A stretch of DNA of 64,000 nt from Deltaproteobacteria bacterium (lineage in GTDB: Bacteria; Desulfobacterota; Desulfobulbia; Desulfobulbales; Desulfocapsaceae), in contig JAPLJF010000012.1 in the NCBI GenBank assembly GCA_026388715.1, positions 1,649 through 65,648 on the forward strand. The letters run 5' to 3'. The notes under the pieces are model-generated. The model was not told the DNA's origin. It searched no databases and saw only the letters and a program-made list of their open reading frames with translations. This document shows positions 19,601 through 29,223 of this stretch, one piece after another (the first letter of the stretch is position 1; every line of letters starts with the position of its first letter). The translations under genes and the position numbers were made by a program.

Positions 19601-22600
19601 AAATCGGCGCGCTTCGTCAGATTGAATGTGCAGCATCTGCAACTCCTGCTGAGCCGAAACCCAGGCAAAATCCATGGCCCGATTGATCGCCTGGGGCTCG
19701 CAATATTTATCCATCAGCAGCAGGACTTGCTCGCGGGTTGGCCCGGCGGCGAGCACCAGAGATAGCTGGATGTGTTGGCCCGGTTCCAGAGTAAGACTCC
19801 GCCGCAGGCTGAGCATCGGATCCAGGACAAAGCCCTGGCTGTTGCCGAGCCTTTGCACCGCCCCCATGGGATTGGCGAGGGTTCGGCCGCGGCCGATGAA
19901 ACGCACCCGGTCGGTTTCAAATTGCCACCCCTCTTCAGGCGGACAATCATCTCCGGTGTGCTCAAAGGTCAAGCGGTGGGCCACATAGAGCGGCGGCTCG
20001 TTTTCGCTGCGCGCTCTCCGGTAGGCGAGGAGCGCCTGCTGCCCGGGGATCGCTTCGGTCTGGATGAACAGCTTATTGAAGGCCGGGTGCTGGCGGTCGG
20101 CGTTGTGGGGCGCCATGGAGAGTTCAACATAGCTGGTGAGGTTGAAGCTGCGGGCGCGGTCGGAACGATTGATCAGGGAAATCCTCCGCACCTCCACATC
20201 GTCTTCCGGCGAGACGATGACCTCTGTTTCGGTATGCAGACCGTTGTCATCACGCCGGAACACGGCCCGGTCGAGGGCAAAGTCCACGGAATACCCTGCA
20301 ACCGTCCCGCCGACCGGGTGATAGGTGGTGGACCAGAGACGATCCGGCTCGGCCTCATGGATGTAGCAGAAGGTTCCCTGACTGTCACGGGTCTGATCCG
20401 ACCGCCAGCGGGTAAGTTCCTGCCCCGCCCACTGACTGTAGCCGCCACCGCTGTTGGTGACCATCAGGCCATAGCGGCTGTTGCTGAGTAGCAGAGTCTT
20501 GGGCGTGGTGGTATGGGGAGTGGTAAAGATACTTGCTCTCGTCGCGATCAGGTCTCCGCCCAACAGCGTCGGTTCATTCTGCCGCGTCGAGGTCAGGTGC
20601 AGTGTGGGCAGGGTCGGGATGCGTTCCTGCAGCAGGGGTTCAAAGGCACGCACCCGTGGATCGCTGTGAAAGCGGCGCGGAAACGGGTTGCCATGGAGGA
20701 AGTTGGTCAAGGCCAGAAACGCCATGCCCTGGTGATGGGCCATATACGCCTTGATGATCACCCCGCGCCTGCCCTCCCGCTGCGGTTGCCGGCTGAAATC
20801 CATGGCCTCGTAATACCCGTAATCACCGAGCAGCCCCAGCCCGGCCAATTGTTTCAGATTCTGCACGGTCTCTGTCGGCGCCACGTTCAGGGCCAGCAGA
20901 GTGGCATAGGGAGCGATGACCAGCTGTTCCTCGAGGCCGCGCTTCAAGCCGAGCGCCGGCACACCGAAGGCATTGTATTGATAGGTCTTGTTGAGGTCCA
21001 TATTGCCGAAGGCGGACTCGGAAATTCCCCACGGCACCCGTCGCGTGCGGCCGTAGGCGATCTGGACCGTCACCGCTTCCCGGGCCGCCTTGTCCAGGAG
21101 CGAATTGCCGTAGGAGTACTGAAACAAGAGCGGCATCAGGTATTCGAACATGGTCCCGGACCAGCTGAGCAGCACCCGCTGCCGGCCGATAGCGCCATAG
21201 GGGCGGCCCAAGGAGAACCAGTGCTCCAGGGGGACATCGCCCCGGGCAATGGCGACGAAACTGCCGAAGCGCGCCTCGCTGGCCAGGAGATCGTAACTGG
21301 AACCGTCGAGAAGGTCAGTGGAAACATTGAAGCCGATGGCGAACAGCTTGCTTTCCCTGTCATAGAGGAATCGCATATCCATGGCTGCGGACAGCTTGCG
21401 GACGTCCTCAATGAGCCGCTCAGCCATCCCCAGCATTTCACCGGCCAGCCACTGCGACGTGGCGAATGCCTTGATAACCCGGTCGAGCCACGGGCCGAGG
21501 GGGGTGCCGGCCTGGAGAGACTCCGCGCGGAAGGCGTGGAGAATCGGGATCGAGCCGATCCGGGCATGGGCAAGATCGTGCAGCGAAGGCGCCTTGGAAA
21601 GATCATGTTGGATGGCGAGCAGGGCCGCCGCCCCCAACGGGGCCATCTCCTCCTCGGTCTTTTCGGCGAGGATTTCAATCCAGGTGAGATAGCGATCGCT
21701 GTTCTGAATCCAGGCCGCAACCTGTTGTTCAAGTTCAGCGGCCCATGGCGAGGCTCCTACGACAGCGACAACAGAACTGACATCGACCTCTATCCGCCGC
21801 TGCAGGCGGAGAAGATCGACGATGGTGGATGGCGGTGCATTGCACTCAGCCAGGAGTTGGTCAAGAATCTGTCGATACGGACCGGTCATTCCTTCTATGG
21901 CTGCGGCCCGTTCCAGGATTTCGCCGGTGTCGGCCAGGCCACCAAAGGCCTGGCCGTCCAGGAGGGGTCCATGCACCAACTCGTCAAGCCCTTGCTCCAG
22001 TGCCCACAGGGCACCCAGCAGGTTGCCGCTGTCGACCATGGAGACGTAGCGAGGTTCAAGCGGGGCCAGGGTCTGGATATCGTACCAGTTCAGGAGATGC
22101 CCTTCGTAGCGTTCCAGACGGCCGATGGTTGTCATGGTGCTGGTCAGTCTTTCGACGACCTGGTTAATGGTCAGATAGCCGGAATCATGGGCTCCCAGGA
22201 CACTGGTCATCCAGAGGCCGATGTTGGTTGGACTGGTTCGCATGGCCAGGCTGTTCTGATGGGCAACCTGGTAATTATCGGGCGGCAACCAGGAGGTGTC
22301 GGCGCTGACAAAGGATGAAAAATAGCGCCAGGTCCGCCGGGCAACCACTCTGAGGAAGCGGCGGTCCATTGCCGGCAGCAGTTGTGCCTGTTGCGGCTCA
22401 CCGGGTCGAAGATTCAGGAGCCAGCCAAGCAGCGGAGAGAAAAACCACAAAACAAGCCAGGGGGCGGCCAGCAGTTGGCTGTCCGGCATGAGGTGCCAGA
22501 TCGCTAAGCTCACAATGACGCTGAAGATGCTCCCCAAGGCCAGGCTCACGACGAAGAACGGCTGCTGCCGGGAGGCGCTCCCGGATGCTGCGTGGGCCGT

Positions 22601-25600
22601 CCATTCCAGCAGGCCGCGACGGGAGATCAAGCGGCGGTAGCAGGCCCGGACAATGGCATCCAGGGCCAGTATTGCCTGGTGCGGCAGCAGCGCGGCATCG
22701 ACAATCGCCCGCAACAGATCGTGCCGCACCTTGGACAGAGAGAGATACTTCAGCCCCTTGCGGGTGGTGACCACGGTGAAGAGTTGCGCCAGGGGGGGGA
22801 AGAGCAGCTGCATGCCGACCACCAGGGTTGCGATCCCGCCGATCTTCGGGGAGACGAGCCAGGAGGCAGTCAAGAGGACCAGGCTCGTGGCAGGCAGGAG
22901 GCTGCGACGCAGGTTGTCGAGAATCTTCCCACGGTCGAACAGGGAGAGCGGATTGGCCCCGCGACCTCCTCCCGCCAGGGGGACACGCGGGAGAATCCAC
23001 TCCGCGATCTGCCAGTCACCGCGAATCCAGCGATGGGCCCGGCTGGTGTAGCTTTGATACCCTTGGGGAAATTCATCGAAGAGCTCAATATCACTGGCCA
23101 GCCCCACCCGGACATGGGCCCCTTCGATCAGGTCGTGGCTCAAGACCCACTCTTCAGGGAGCCGTCCCGAGAGCACGCGGCTGAAGGCGCGCACATCGTA
23201 AATCCCCTTGCCATGATACGACCCTTCCCCGCTCAAGTCCTGATAGACATCGGAGACCGCCTGGGTATAGGGGTCGATGCCAACCGCATCGGCGAAGAGC
23301 CGGCTGAAGATCGAGGCGCTCGTACTCGGCAGGGTCGGGCTCACCCGCGGCTGGATGATGGTATAGGAGCCGGCCATGATCCTGCCCGACCCATCGAAGC
23401 GGGGCAGGTTGAGGGGGTGCGCCAGGGTCTCCACCAGCCTGCGGGCCGTTGCGTGCGGCAACTGGGTGTCGCTGTCCAGGGTTATGATGAAGCGGATATC
23501 CGCCAACTGATCCTGGTCGCCCACGTAGACCAGGCGGGCAGCGCTTTCGGGCCGCGTACCATCGATCAGGCAGTTCAGTTCCTCAAGCTTGCCCCGTTTG
23601 CGCTCCCAGCCGATGAATCTCTGTTCGGATTCGCTCCAGATGCGCTCCCGATGGAAAAGGAAAAAACGTTCGCCGCCATAACGCTGGTTGAGAGCCTCAA
23701 TGCCTGCGCTTACGGTCTCGAGCAGCCCATTATCATCTTCACGCGAAGGAGTTACGGAATCAGTGTAATCCGAGAAGAGACTGTAGAGCAGATTCGCTTC
23801 CTTATTGGCCAGATAGCGGATCTCCAGATTCTCCACCTCGGCCCGGATCGTCTCCGCATTCACCAGCATCATCGGCACGACCACCAGGGTACGGAATTCA
23901 TCGGGAATCCCTGCTGCCTTGAAGTCCATCTTGGCCAGGGGGTGGGGCGGCAGAAGTCGCATGATCAGGTAATTGGCCACCTCGATGGCCAGCTGGCTGA
24001 CCGGAATCAGCAGGAGCAGTATCAGCCCGATGCGAATGGCGGGCGACAACCCGGTCGGGATCAGTCCAAAGATAACGATCAGAAAGACGAGCAGCACTGA
24101 GAAGCCGCCGATGACGAGGAAATAGACGGCGGTGTGATGGTCATTGACCCATTTCTGAACACGAAAACGGAGCGTTTCACGGCAGGCGAGCAGCCGGGCC
24201 AACTCGGCCCGTCCCTCATCAATCAGCCAGGTGCCGACATGGCTGCGCCGTTCATCGCTTGTTGCTTCACGCCCCGCCTGCGTCGCCAGCTTGATGACGC
24301 GTTCCGCAACCCGTTCCTCGGGCTGGGCCGCAGCGCGGGCAAGGTCTTCGATCGCCCGACGGCAGCGGTCACGGGTTGCAAAATCCATTTTGGGATAGAC
24401 CCCGGACGGATCGCTGCGCAACACCTGCTCCACCCGGCTGAGCTGTTCGAAGATTTTCCGCCAGTCCAAAAGGGCCAGCTGACGCAGGCTGGTGAAGGCA
24501 TTGCCGCTGGCCAACTGCTCGCTGGCCTGCCGGTTCTGCTCACGCCGATTGAGGTCGGGCAAGGGAGTTTTCAGCGTACGCTCAAGCCAGTTTTTGACCG
24601 GCGCCAAGGCGGCGGCCTCGTCGTAGAGCAGGCCGACCAGCTGCGCACCAAAATAATCACTGGGACTCGGCTCCGATGCAGCAAGTTCCGCCAGGATCGC
24701 GAAGAGTTGGTTGGAATCGCGGCGATTGGCGGCAACCAGCCGGTTCGCCCAGAAGTCGGCCAACTGACGTTCTCGCAGGTCCGCCAGGGCGGTGACAGCC
24801 AGGCTCTGGATGCTTTCGATCAGCGCAATGCGCAGCATCTGGGGAATAGCCCAGAGTTCGCCGATCTTCAGCGTGCGCACGGATTGATAGGCCTCGATAA
24901 AGGCCAGGATATTCTCCCGGTCCAGGCGCAGATCCGTATGGGAAACGAGATCCTTGGCCAGACCGTAGATGCACGGCAGCCCCCGGTAGGGATCAGAGGC
25001 CAAGGTGGGCAGTTGCCGGTAAAAGCGCCGGGGAAGGTTGAGCAGGACATCGCGGGCGTTGCCCTCCAGGATGTACTCATTATCCAGGATCCAATCGGCA
25101 GCCGGCGTGGCTTTCTGTTCCAAGCGGCTCGCCGCGGCAAGGTCCGCGCAGACCTGACGCACCCAGTGACGTGACTGTTTGAGGCGTTTGAGCAGTTCGG
25201 TACTGCGCTGCGGCCTCAGCTCCACCTGCTGCTCACGGGCATGGCGTTGCGCATGTTCCAAGACCTGGGCCGGGGAAAGCTTTACTTCGAAGCCCCGCGA
25301 CTCGACCCGCCGCTCGCACTTAGGATGCATGATAAACAGCACTGGAGGGATATCGCCACTTTCCCGCAGCAGAGCCACCGGACGCGGTAAAGATTCGCAG
25401 GCTGCCTGGAGAATCAGGACGGTCTCCCCGGACACGAGCCAGCGGGCGTGATCACGCACAACCCCGGACTCAACACCATACCTGGAGCGGCGCAGCCAGA
25501 GCAGAGCTACCGAGGCGCCGATTGCGGCTGCTGCCGGAAACAAGGTCAGCGTAAAGAGGTTGCCGCTCGGCAGCAAGCCCAACCATTGCAGGACGGGGGT

Positions 25601-25834
25601 AGCGACTCCGGCGAGCCCGCCGGACAGGATGGCCGCCAGGGTCACGCCGTAAGCCCGGCGCCACAGGAAGGGATCACTTATGTGCACATCGCCGTTCGTG
25701 GCCTTGTGCACCAGAACGGCGCGGTGGAATCCTTGTCTCACCAGTTCCCGAAAGACTTTACGCGCTTCATCTTGTCGGGCGAAGTAAGCGATAAGAATAG
25801 CCAGATCCATATTTTGCCCTTTACTTGACTGCAT
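16610..25834 (-). CDS. ndvB: Cyclic beta-1,2-glucan synthase-like giant protein (Cgs/NdvB/ChvB type: membrane GT domain plus GH94-like phosphorylase domain) with an extra ~190-aa N-terminal module
   Basis: Uninterrupted 3074-aa ORF. Glycosyltransferase signatures are ITLDSDTQLP and HRWIRGDWQ. There are several TM blocks. The C-terminal third has GH94-like FGFRDQLQD and WNDGMN segments. Confidence 0.8.
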   Translation of the reverse strand: MQSSKGQNMDLAILIAYFARQDEARKVFRELVRQGFHRAVLVHKATNGDVHISDPFLWRRAYGVTLAAILSGGLAGVATPVLQWLGLLPSGNLFTLTLFPAAAAIGASVALLWLRRSRYGVESGVVRDHARWLVSGETVLILQAACESLPRPVALLRESGDIPPVLFIMHPKCERRVESRGFEVKLSPAQVLEHAQRHAREQQVELRPQRSTELLKRLKQSRHWVRQVCADLAAASRLEQKATPAADWILDNEYILEGNARDVLLNLPRRFYRQLPTLASDPYRGLPCIYGLAKDLVSHTDLRLDRENILAFIEAYQSVRTLKIGELWAIPQMLRIALIESIQSLAVTALADLRERQLADFWANRLVAANRRDSNQLFAILAELAASEPSPSDYFGAQLVGLLYDEAAALAPVKNWLERTLKTPLPDLNRREQNRQASEQLASGNAFTSLRQLALLDWRKIFEQLSRVEQVLRSDPSGVYPKMDFATRDRCRRAIEDLARAAAQPEERVAERVIKLATQAGREATSDERRSHVGTWLIDEGRAELARLLACRETLRFRVQKWVNDHHTAVYFLVIGGFSVLLVFLIVIFGLIPTGLSPAIRIGLILLLLIPVSQLAIEVANYLIMRLLPPHPLAKMDFKAAGIPDEFRTLVVVPMMLVNAETIRAEVENLEIRYLANKEANLLYSLFSDYTDSVTPSREDDNGLLETVSAGIEALNQRYGGERFFLFHRERIWSESEQRFIGWERKRGKLEELNCLIDGTRPESAARLVYVGDQDQLADIRFIITLDSDTQLPHATARRLVETLAHPLNLPRFDGSGRIMAGSYTIIQPRVSPTLPSTSASIFSRLFADAVGIDPYTQAVSDVYQDLSGEGSYHGKGIYDVRAFSRVLSGRLPEEWVLSHDLIEGAHVRVGLASDIELFDEFPQGYQSYTSRAHRWIRGDWQIAEWILPRVPLAGGGRGANPLSLFDRGKILDNLRRSLLPATSLVLLTASWLVSPKIGGIATLVVGMQLLFPPLAQLFTVVTTRKGLKYLSLSKVRHDLLRAIVDAALLPHQAILALDAIVRACYRRLISRRGLLEWTAHAASGSASRQQPFFVVSLALGSIFSVIVSLAIWHLMPDSQLLAAPWLVLWFFSPLLGWLLNLRPGEPQQAQLLPAMDRRFLRVVARRTWRYFSSFVSADTSWLPPDNYQVAHQNSLAMRTSPTNIGLWMTSVLGAHDSGYLTINQVVERLTSTMTTIGRLERYEGHLLNWYDIQTLAPLEPRYVSMVDSGNLLGALWALEQGLDELVHGPLLDGQAFGGLADTGEILERAAAIEGMTGPYRQILDQLLAECNAPPSTIVDLLRLQRRIEVDVSSVVAVVGASPWAAELEQQVAAWIQNSDRYLTWIEILAEKTEEEMAPLGAAALLAIQHDLSKAPSLHDLAHARIGSIPILHAFRAESLQAGTPLGPWLDRVIKAFATSQWLAGEMLGMAERLIEDVRKLSAAMDMRFLYDRESKLFAIGFNVSTDLLDGSSYDLLASEARFGSFVAIARGDVPLEHWFSLGRPYGAIGRQRVLLSWSGTMFEYLMPLLFQYSYGNSLLDKAAREAVTVQIAYGRTRRVPWGISESAFGNMDLNKTYQYNAFGVPALGLKRGLEEQLVIAPYATLLALNVAPTETVQNLKQLAGLGLLGDYGYYEAMDFSRQPQREGRRGVIIKAYMAHHQGMAFLALTNFLHGNPFPRRFHSDPRVRAFEPLLQERIPTLPTLHLTSTRQNEPTLLGGDLIATRASIFTTPHTTTPKTLLLSNSRYGLMVTNSGGGYSQWAGQELTRWRSDQTRDSQGTFCYIHEAEPDRLWSTTYHPVGGTVAGYSVDFALDRAVFRRDDNGLHTETEVIVSPEDDVEVRRISLINRSDRARSFNLTSYVELSMAPHNADRQHPAFNKLFIQTEAIPGQQALLAYRRARSENEPPLYVAHRLTFEHTGDDCPPEEGWQFETDRVRFIGRGRTLANPMGAVQRLGNSQGFVLDPMLSLRRSLTLEPGQHIQLSLVLAAGPTREQVLLLMDKYCEPQAINRAMDFAWVSAQQELQMLHIQSDEARRFQKLASHLLFPNSLLRAPGERLAENRKGQAGLWPYGISGDLPIALVTIGEIRDVNLVRQLLQAHTYWRMHGLAADLVILNEEAGSYERPLLERLERLIQAHSLFNVTDQPGGVFLRNAALIPEEDLKLLKFAASVALVAARGTLPQQLGVPVEAPELMERLTRKRAHREPSAPLPFMELNYFNSLGGFTPDGCEYAIYLGPGTNTPAPWVNVIANPTFGTMVSETGSGFTWYGNSQRNRLTGWSNDPVLDPASEVLYIRDEESGVFWSPTAMPVREKSAYRARHGAGYTVFEHNSNGIEQELTVFVPVDENGGQPIKLQRLWLTNASSRRRRLSVTYYVELTLGENRETSQMHVMTNWDDEAQAMLAYNRYHPEYPERVAFVAITPQPDSYGGDRSAFIGRNRSLANPAAMELTRLSQRSGAGLDPCAVLRVSVELSPGERRDITCMLGQAGSVAEARELVQSFQEDQALEEALEQTKAWWNGLLSTIEVHTPDLAADLLINRWLQYQSLSCRIWGRSAFYQSGGAFGFRDQLQDVMAFFYARPELARDQILLAASRQFKEGDVQHWWHEPGGAGIRSRISDDLLWLPYVVAHYVRTTGDVEILQAGVSFLNAPVLADDQHEVFSIPEVTLERATLFEHCRRAVSHGLTIGPHGLPLMGTGDWNDGMNLVGAGGKGESVWLAWFLCELLQGMVDLSSLLHQPELSQTYQEERRALIERVEQAGWDGEWYLRGTFDDGTPLGSAANTEARIDSLPQSWAWLSGAADPARADQALESAWHHLVRQDEGLVLLFEPPFDKSEPSPGYIKGYPPGVRENGGQYTHAGLWMAMAMARKGDGERAVQLLRILNPIEHARDAESAWHYGIEPYVVAADVYRLPGRIGQGGWSWYTGSAAWMYRAWVEEVLGLQVRGEQMRVNPVITATWPGFSLRYRHGEALYVIQVENPHGRERGVAWVEMDGQRLTGGIIPLERVLIEHRVVVRMGDTEKPSEEKKAPPGGE

Positions 25835-25950
25835 TTTCTGAACTTCCAGCCATCGTGAAGGATTTCAGATGCGGGAAAGGCCCAGAAAGGAACCGTGCGA
25901 ACTGCTCCCAAAGAGGTAACAACGAGGTGGACGATAACCGGGGGAAAGGG

Positions 25951-25978
25951 GGTCATGGCTAAGAGCTTAGCCATGACC
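25951..25978. promoter_or_regulatory. Perfect palindrome (13-bp arms, 2-nt spacer) about 120-145 bp upstream of the glucan synthase start
   Basis: GGTCATGGCTAAG-ag-CTTAGCCATGACC. No U-tract follows on either strand, so it looks more like an operator than a terminator. Confidence 0.4.
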
Positions 25979-26396
25979 ATGCGTTTTCTCAAACCAAGGA
26001 GGCGGCAGCCAGGTGGAGAAGGGTCATTGGTCTCCTCATTTCTTCATACCGTACAGGTTCAAGTTGAGCCCGCATTATCTCTATCTGCCCCTGTCACGAC
26101 GATTGATCACCGGACTCCACGCCTTAGCAAAATGCCTTCTGCTTCCTTTATTCCCCTGTCAGTCGAACTCCGACTCACAGCTAAACAGATTTTTTTGCCA
26201 TATTCTCTCCTTTGCCAGAGTTCAATATATGGAAAGAATAGCATAAAGCGGAGGATCTTGCAAAAATCCATGATGGTCATTGGGAACAAAGCGAGGAATC
26301 TTTTACCCTGTTGATTCCTTTAAGATTTTGACAAGGGGTTCAAGAGGTAACGCAACGATTCAATTTACCTTTTCCTTGTATCAGGCCCTGTCATTC

Positions 26397-28286
26397 CTAT
26401 TTTTTATCTCCCCTCTTTCTTGAATCATTTCTGGTCGTGGCCATATGCTTCCCCCGCAGGCCGGAGCCAGGCATCTGCCTTTCCAGCAGGCCGCGCTGTT
26501 CCTTTCGCTCTGACCGGTTACGGGCAACCGGGATGGGCTTATTGCTGTCACGATGCAGGCCGGTGACATACATGGCGGTTGACAGGGTGCCGGGAGTCGG
26601 GGTGAAATCCTGAAACTGTTTGACCTGCAGATCAAGGGCCGCCAGCTTTCCGGTCATGGCCTCGGTATCCCTGGCCGTGCAGCCGGGATGAGAAGAGATC
26701 AGATAGGGGGTGAAGATGATCTTTTTGCCAAGCCCTGCCGCCACCTGGCGACACTGATGCAGGAAATCGATCAACTGCTGGTGTGATTCCTTGTGCATGA
26801 GGGTCAGCACGTCCTCTTCCGTGTGCTCCGGGGCGATCTTCATGGCCCCCGGGGTATGGCTGCGGATAATCTCCTGGAGCAGGCGGGGGGTCTTGAGCAG
26901 CAGTTCCATGCGCAGACCGGAAGAGATAAAGACATGATTGACCCCTGCCAGCTTCGAGACATCCCGCAGCAGGTTCAGGAAAGTCTCTTCATCCACCTGC
27001 AGATTGGGGCATAGCCGTGGGTAGAGGCAATCGTGCTTGCGGCAGGAACCGACCTTGCAACCGGTCCGATAGAGATTGGCGGTGGGGCCGCCGAGATCGC
27101 TGATAACGCCGGTAAAGTTGTCCATACCGCTGACGATCCTGGCCTCGCGCAGGATCGATTCCGGGCTGCGGCTGCTGATGATCGGTCCCTGGTGACGGGT
27201 GATGGCGCAGAACGAGCAGTTCCCGGAACAGCCGCGGACAATGGTGAGCGAATGGCAGATCATGCGGTAGGCCGGGATATCCGGGCTGGCCGGGTGCGGT
27301 TTGCGGCTGTAGGGCAACTCATACATCTGATCCAGCTCGGCGGTGGTCAGCGGTCTGGCCGCTGGATGCTGGATGAGCCAGGCGCTCTGCTGGCGCTGCA
27401 CCAGCAGGTTCGGCAGGCAGCCGCGGGCATGGATGTCAACCATCCGTTCCGCCTCCATGAACAGCCGCTTGTCCTGCTCTATTGCCTCCCAGGAAGGGAG
27501 GAGAGAGCAGGTCTCATTGCCGGTTGCGGGAAGATCGGGGAAACGTGACTGGAATTCCGCCTCGGTCAAACGCTCGCAACTGCCCGCAATCCCGTCAAGC
27601 CCCTGGCCGGCGGCCAGACGGGCAGCGGCCTCAACCACCGCCCGCTCACCCATGCCGTAAATGAGCAGATCAGCCTTGGCATCGGTCAGCAGCGAGGCGC
27701 GCAGTTTCCCCTGCTGATAGTCATAATGAACAAAACGGCGCAGCGAGGCCTCGACCCCGCCCAGGATAATGGGCACACCCTTGCAGGCGGCGCGGGCCAG
27801 ATTGGCATAGATGAGGCTGGCGCGATCGGGCCGCCGCCGGTTGGTCCTGCCCTTCTCGCCGTCACGCCAGGGATTGCCGCCCGGCGAATAGGCATCCTCG
27901 GTGCGCACCTTGCCGTTGCCGGAATAATTGGCGACGATGGAGTCCAGATTGCCGCCGCTGATCCCCCAGAAAAGACGGGGCGGGCCGAACTGGAGAAAAT
28001 CATCAAGCCGGTCATACCGGGGCTGGGCCAGAATGGCCACCCGATAGCCGTGACTCTCCAGCAGCCTGCCGATCAGGGCAATGCCGAAGGAGGGGTGATC
28101 GATATAGGCATCGCCGCTGACCAGCACCACATCCACCTGATCCCAGCCGCGCGCCGCGCACTCCACCCGCGAAGCGGGCAGCGGCTGAATGCCCCTACCG
28201 CCCGGTGCAGACACAGGGGCGGCAACCGATGATCCCGCCTTTTTCCTGATTGAACTGGTCACCATTGCCAATTTATTACCCGTCAA
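26397..28286 (-). CDS. ygiQ: YgiQ-family radical SAM protein
   Basis: 629-aa ORF. N-terminal domain has ARGWDQVDVVLVSGDAYIDHPSFGIALIGR. The radical-SAM cluster motif is CSGNCSFC. Confidence 0.85.
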   Translation of the reverse strand: MTGNKLAMVTSSIRKKAGSSVAAPVSAPGGRGIQPLPASRVECAARGWDQVDVVLVSGDAYIDHPSFGIALIGRLLESHGYRVAILAQPRYDRLDDFLQFGPPRLFWGISGGNLDSIVANYSGNGKVRTEDAYSPGGNPWRDGEKGRTNRRRPDRASLIYANLARAACKGVPIILGGVEASLRRFVHYDYQQGKLRASLLTDAKADLLIYGMGERAVVEAAARLAAGQGLDGIAGSCERLTEAEFQSRFPDLPATGNETCSLLPSWEAIEQDKRLFMEAERMVDIHARGCLPNLLVQRQQSAWLIQHPAARPLTTAELDQMYELPYSRKPHPASPDIPAYRMICHSLTIVRGCSGNCSFCAITRHQGPIISSRSPESILREARIVSGMDNFTGVISDLGGPTANLYRTGCKVGSCRKHDCLYPRLCPNLQVDEETFLNLLRDVSKLAGVNHVFISSGLRMELLLKTPRLLQEIIRSHTPGAMKIAPEHTEEDVLTLMHKESHQQLIDFLHQCRQVAAGLGKKIIFTPYLISSHPGCTARDTEAMTGKLAALDLQVKQFQDFTPTPGTLSTAMYVTGLHRDSNKPIPVARNRSERKEQRGLLERQMPGSGLRGKHMATTRNDSRKRGDKK

Positions 28287-28778
28287 CCTATTCTCCTGTC
28301 AAAACACAAACATACAGCAAGCAAACAACACGAGAAATCTCATCCCGACATCCAGAACTCACACAATAAACACTGAAGGCAAAGACCGCTTGCGATATCG
28401 ACCCTTTTGTTCCTTTTTCAATCATCAACAACGACAACACAACGACGGGCAACAGTTACGAAAAAAAGCCGGAAAAGGCCAAGATTTTTTTCAGATGGTT
28501 ACACCAGACCTGACTTTGTCTTGTGACTTCTTCATATTGTCAAAACAACAAAGTCCAACAAAGAACCTCAAAAAGGTTGTTCCCATAACACCCAGAGTAC
28601 CCAATGAGACTTACCATCCAATAATTTACGGAGATCATTCAGGATTCGGAACACATTATCGTTTGACATTCCACCCTGTCCCTGCCTATGATGAATAAAT
28701 TTTATGATTTTCCAACAGGCTCGTCTTTCGATGCAAAGACAGGCCTAATTATACTGCTAGGCATTAAAAGGAGCTATA

Positions 28779-28976
28779 ATGGGCATATTTTCATCGTTAT
28801 TCAAGAAAACGGGCGATTGGCATATTAAACAACTTGTCAAAGATAGCTGCAATCACATCATAAATGGATCTATGCAGGCTTATAACCAAAAAAATAATCC
28901 CTATTTAGTAGATTCAGCCCTCGATTTTTTGATTGAGCATGGCTCATTCAATTTAATAAAGGAGAAAGCAGTCTAA
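28779..28976 (+). CDS. Small hypothetical ORF (65 aa) in the low-GC islet
   Basis: The ATG is preceded by AAAGGAGCTATA (a good SD). No similarity that I recognise. Confidence 0.4.
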   Translation: MGIFSSLFKKTGDWHIKQLVKDSCNHIINGSMQAYNQKNNPYLVDSALDFLIEHGSFNLIKEKAV

Positions 28977-28996
28977 AAGACAAATCAAAAGATTAC

Positions 28997-29143
28997 ATGT
29001 CATTCTATGTTGTCAGGAATTTAGGTAGAGATATTGACTGGTTGGCTGGAGAAAACGAAACGATGCTAGATGAAATAGAAAGATATTGGGCGGTATTTAA
29101 GGAATCAAAAGACGGTACAGAGCAGATAGTTGAACTCAAATAA
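28997..29143 (+). CDS. Small hypothetical ORF (48 aa), below the ORF-track cutoff
   Basis: My own translation is MSFYVVRNLGRDIDWLAGENETMLDEIERYWAVFKESKDGTEQIVELK*. Weak SD. Same strand as its neighbours. Confidence 0.25.
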   Translation: MSFYVVRNLGRDIDWLAGENETMLDEIERYWAVFKESKDGTEQIVELK

Positions 29144-29223
29144 AGAATAATTATAAAATTTACCCAACAACCGGCTTCACTCGGACCGCGCAAACAGCGC
29201 GGGTCCGGTGAGACGGAACTTAA

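Noticed and set aside
20513-22318. Very long ORFs antisense to, or out of frame with, the big GC-rich genes. Examples: 20513-22318 (+, 601 aa), 22592-24100 (+, 502 aa), 24134-25174 (+), 13358-14467 (-), 1344-2444 (+), 30182-31345 (-), 36576-37754 (+), 41603-42994 (+), 60048-60983 (-).
   Set aside because: Each lies entirely within a well-supported gene on the opposite strand. They have Arg/Gly/Pro/Ala-rich low-complexity composition typical of stop-codon-poor antisense frames in GC-rich DNA, and they carry no recognisable motifs.
25960-25970. Similarity between the centre of the 25.95-kb palindrome (TAAGAGCTT) and the MITE terminal repeat (TTAAGAGCTT)
   Set aside because: Only 9 nt are shared and the flanking sequence is unrelated. 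I treat it as coincidence unless a genome-wide search says otherwise.
28287-28778. The A/C-rich 490-bp region upstream of ygiQ, including the 169-aa ORF 28189-28698 (+), considered as a gene or ncRNA
   Set aside because: The ORF is low complexity (T/N/Q/H-rich), overlaps the ygiQ start and lacks an SD. I could identify no stable conserved secondary structure. It is most likely a promoter or leader region.
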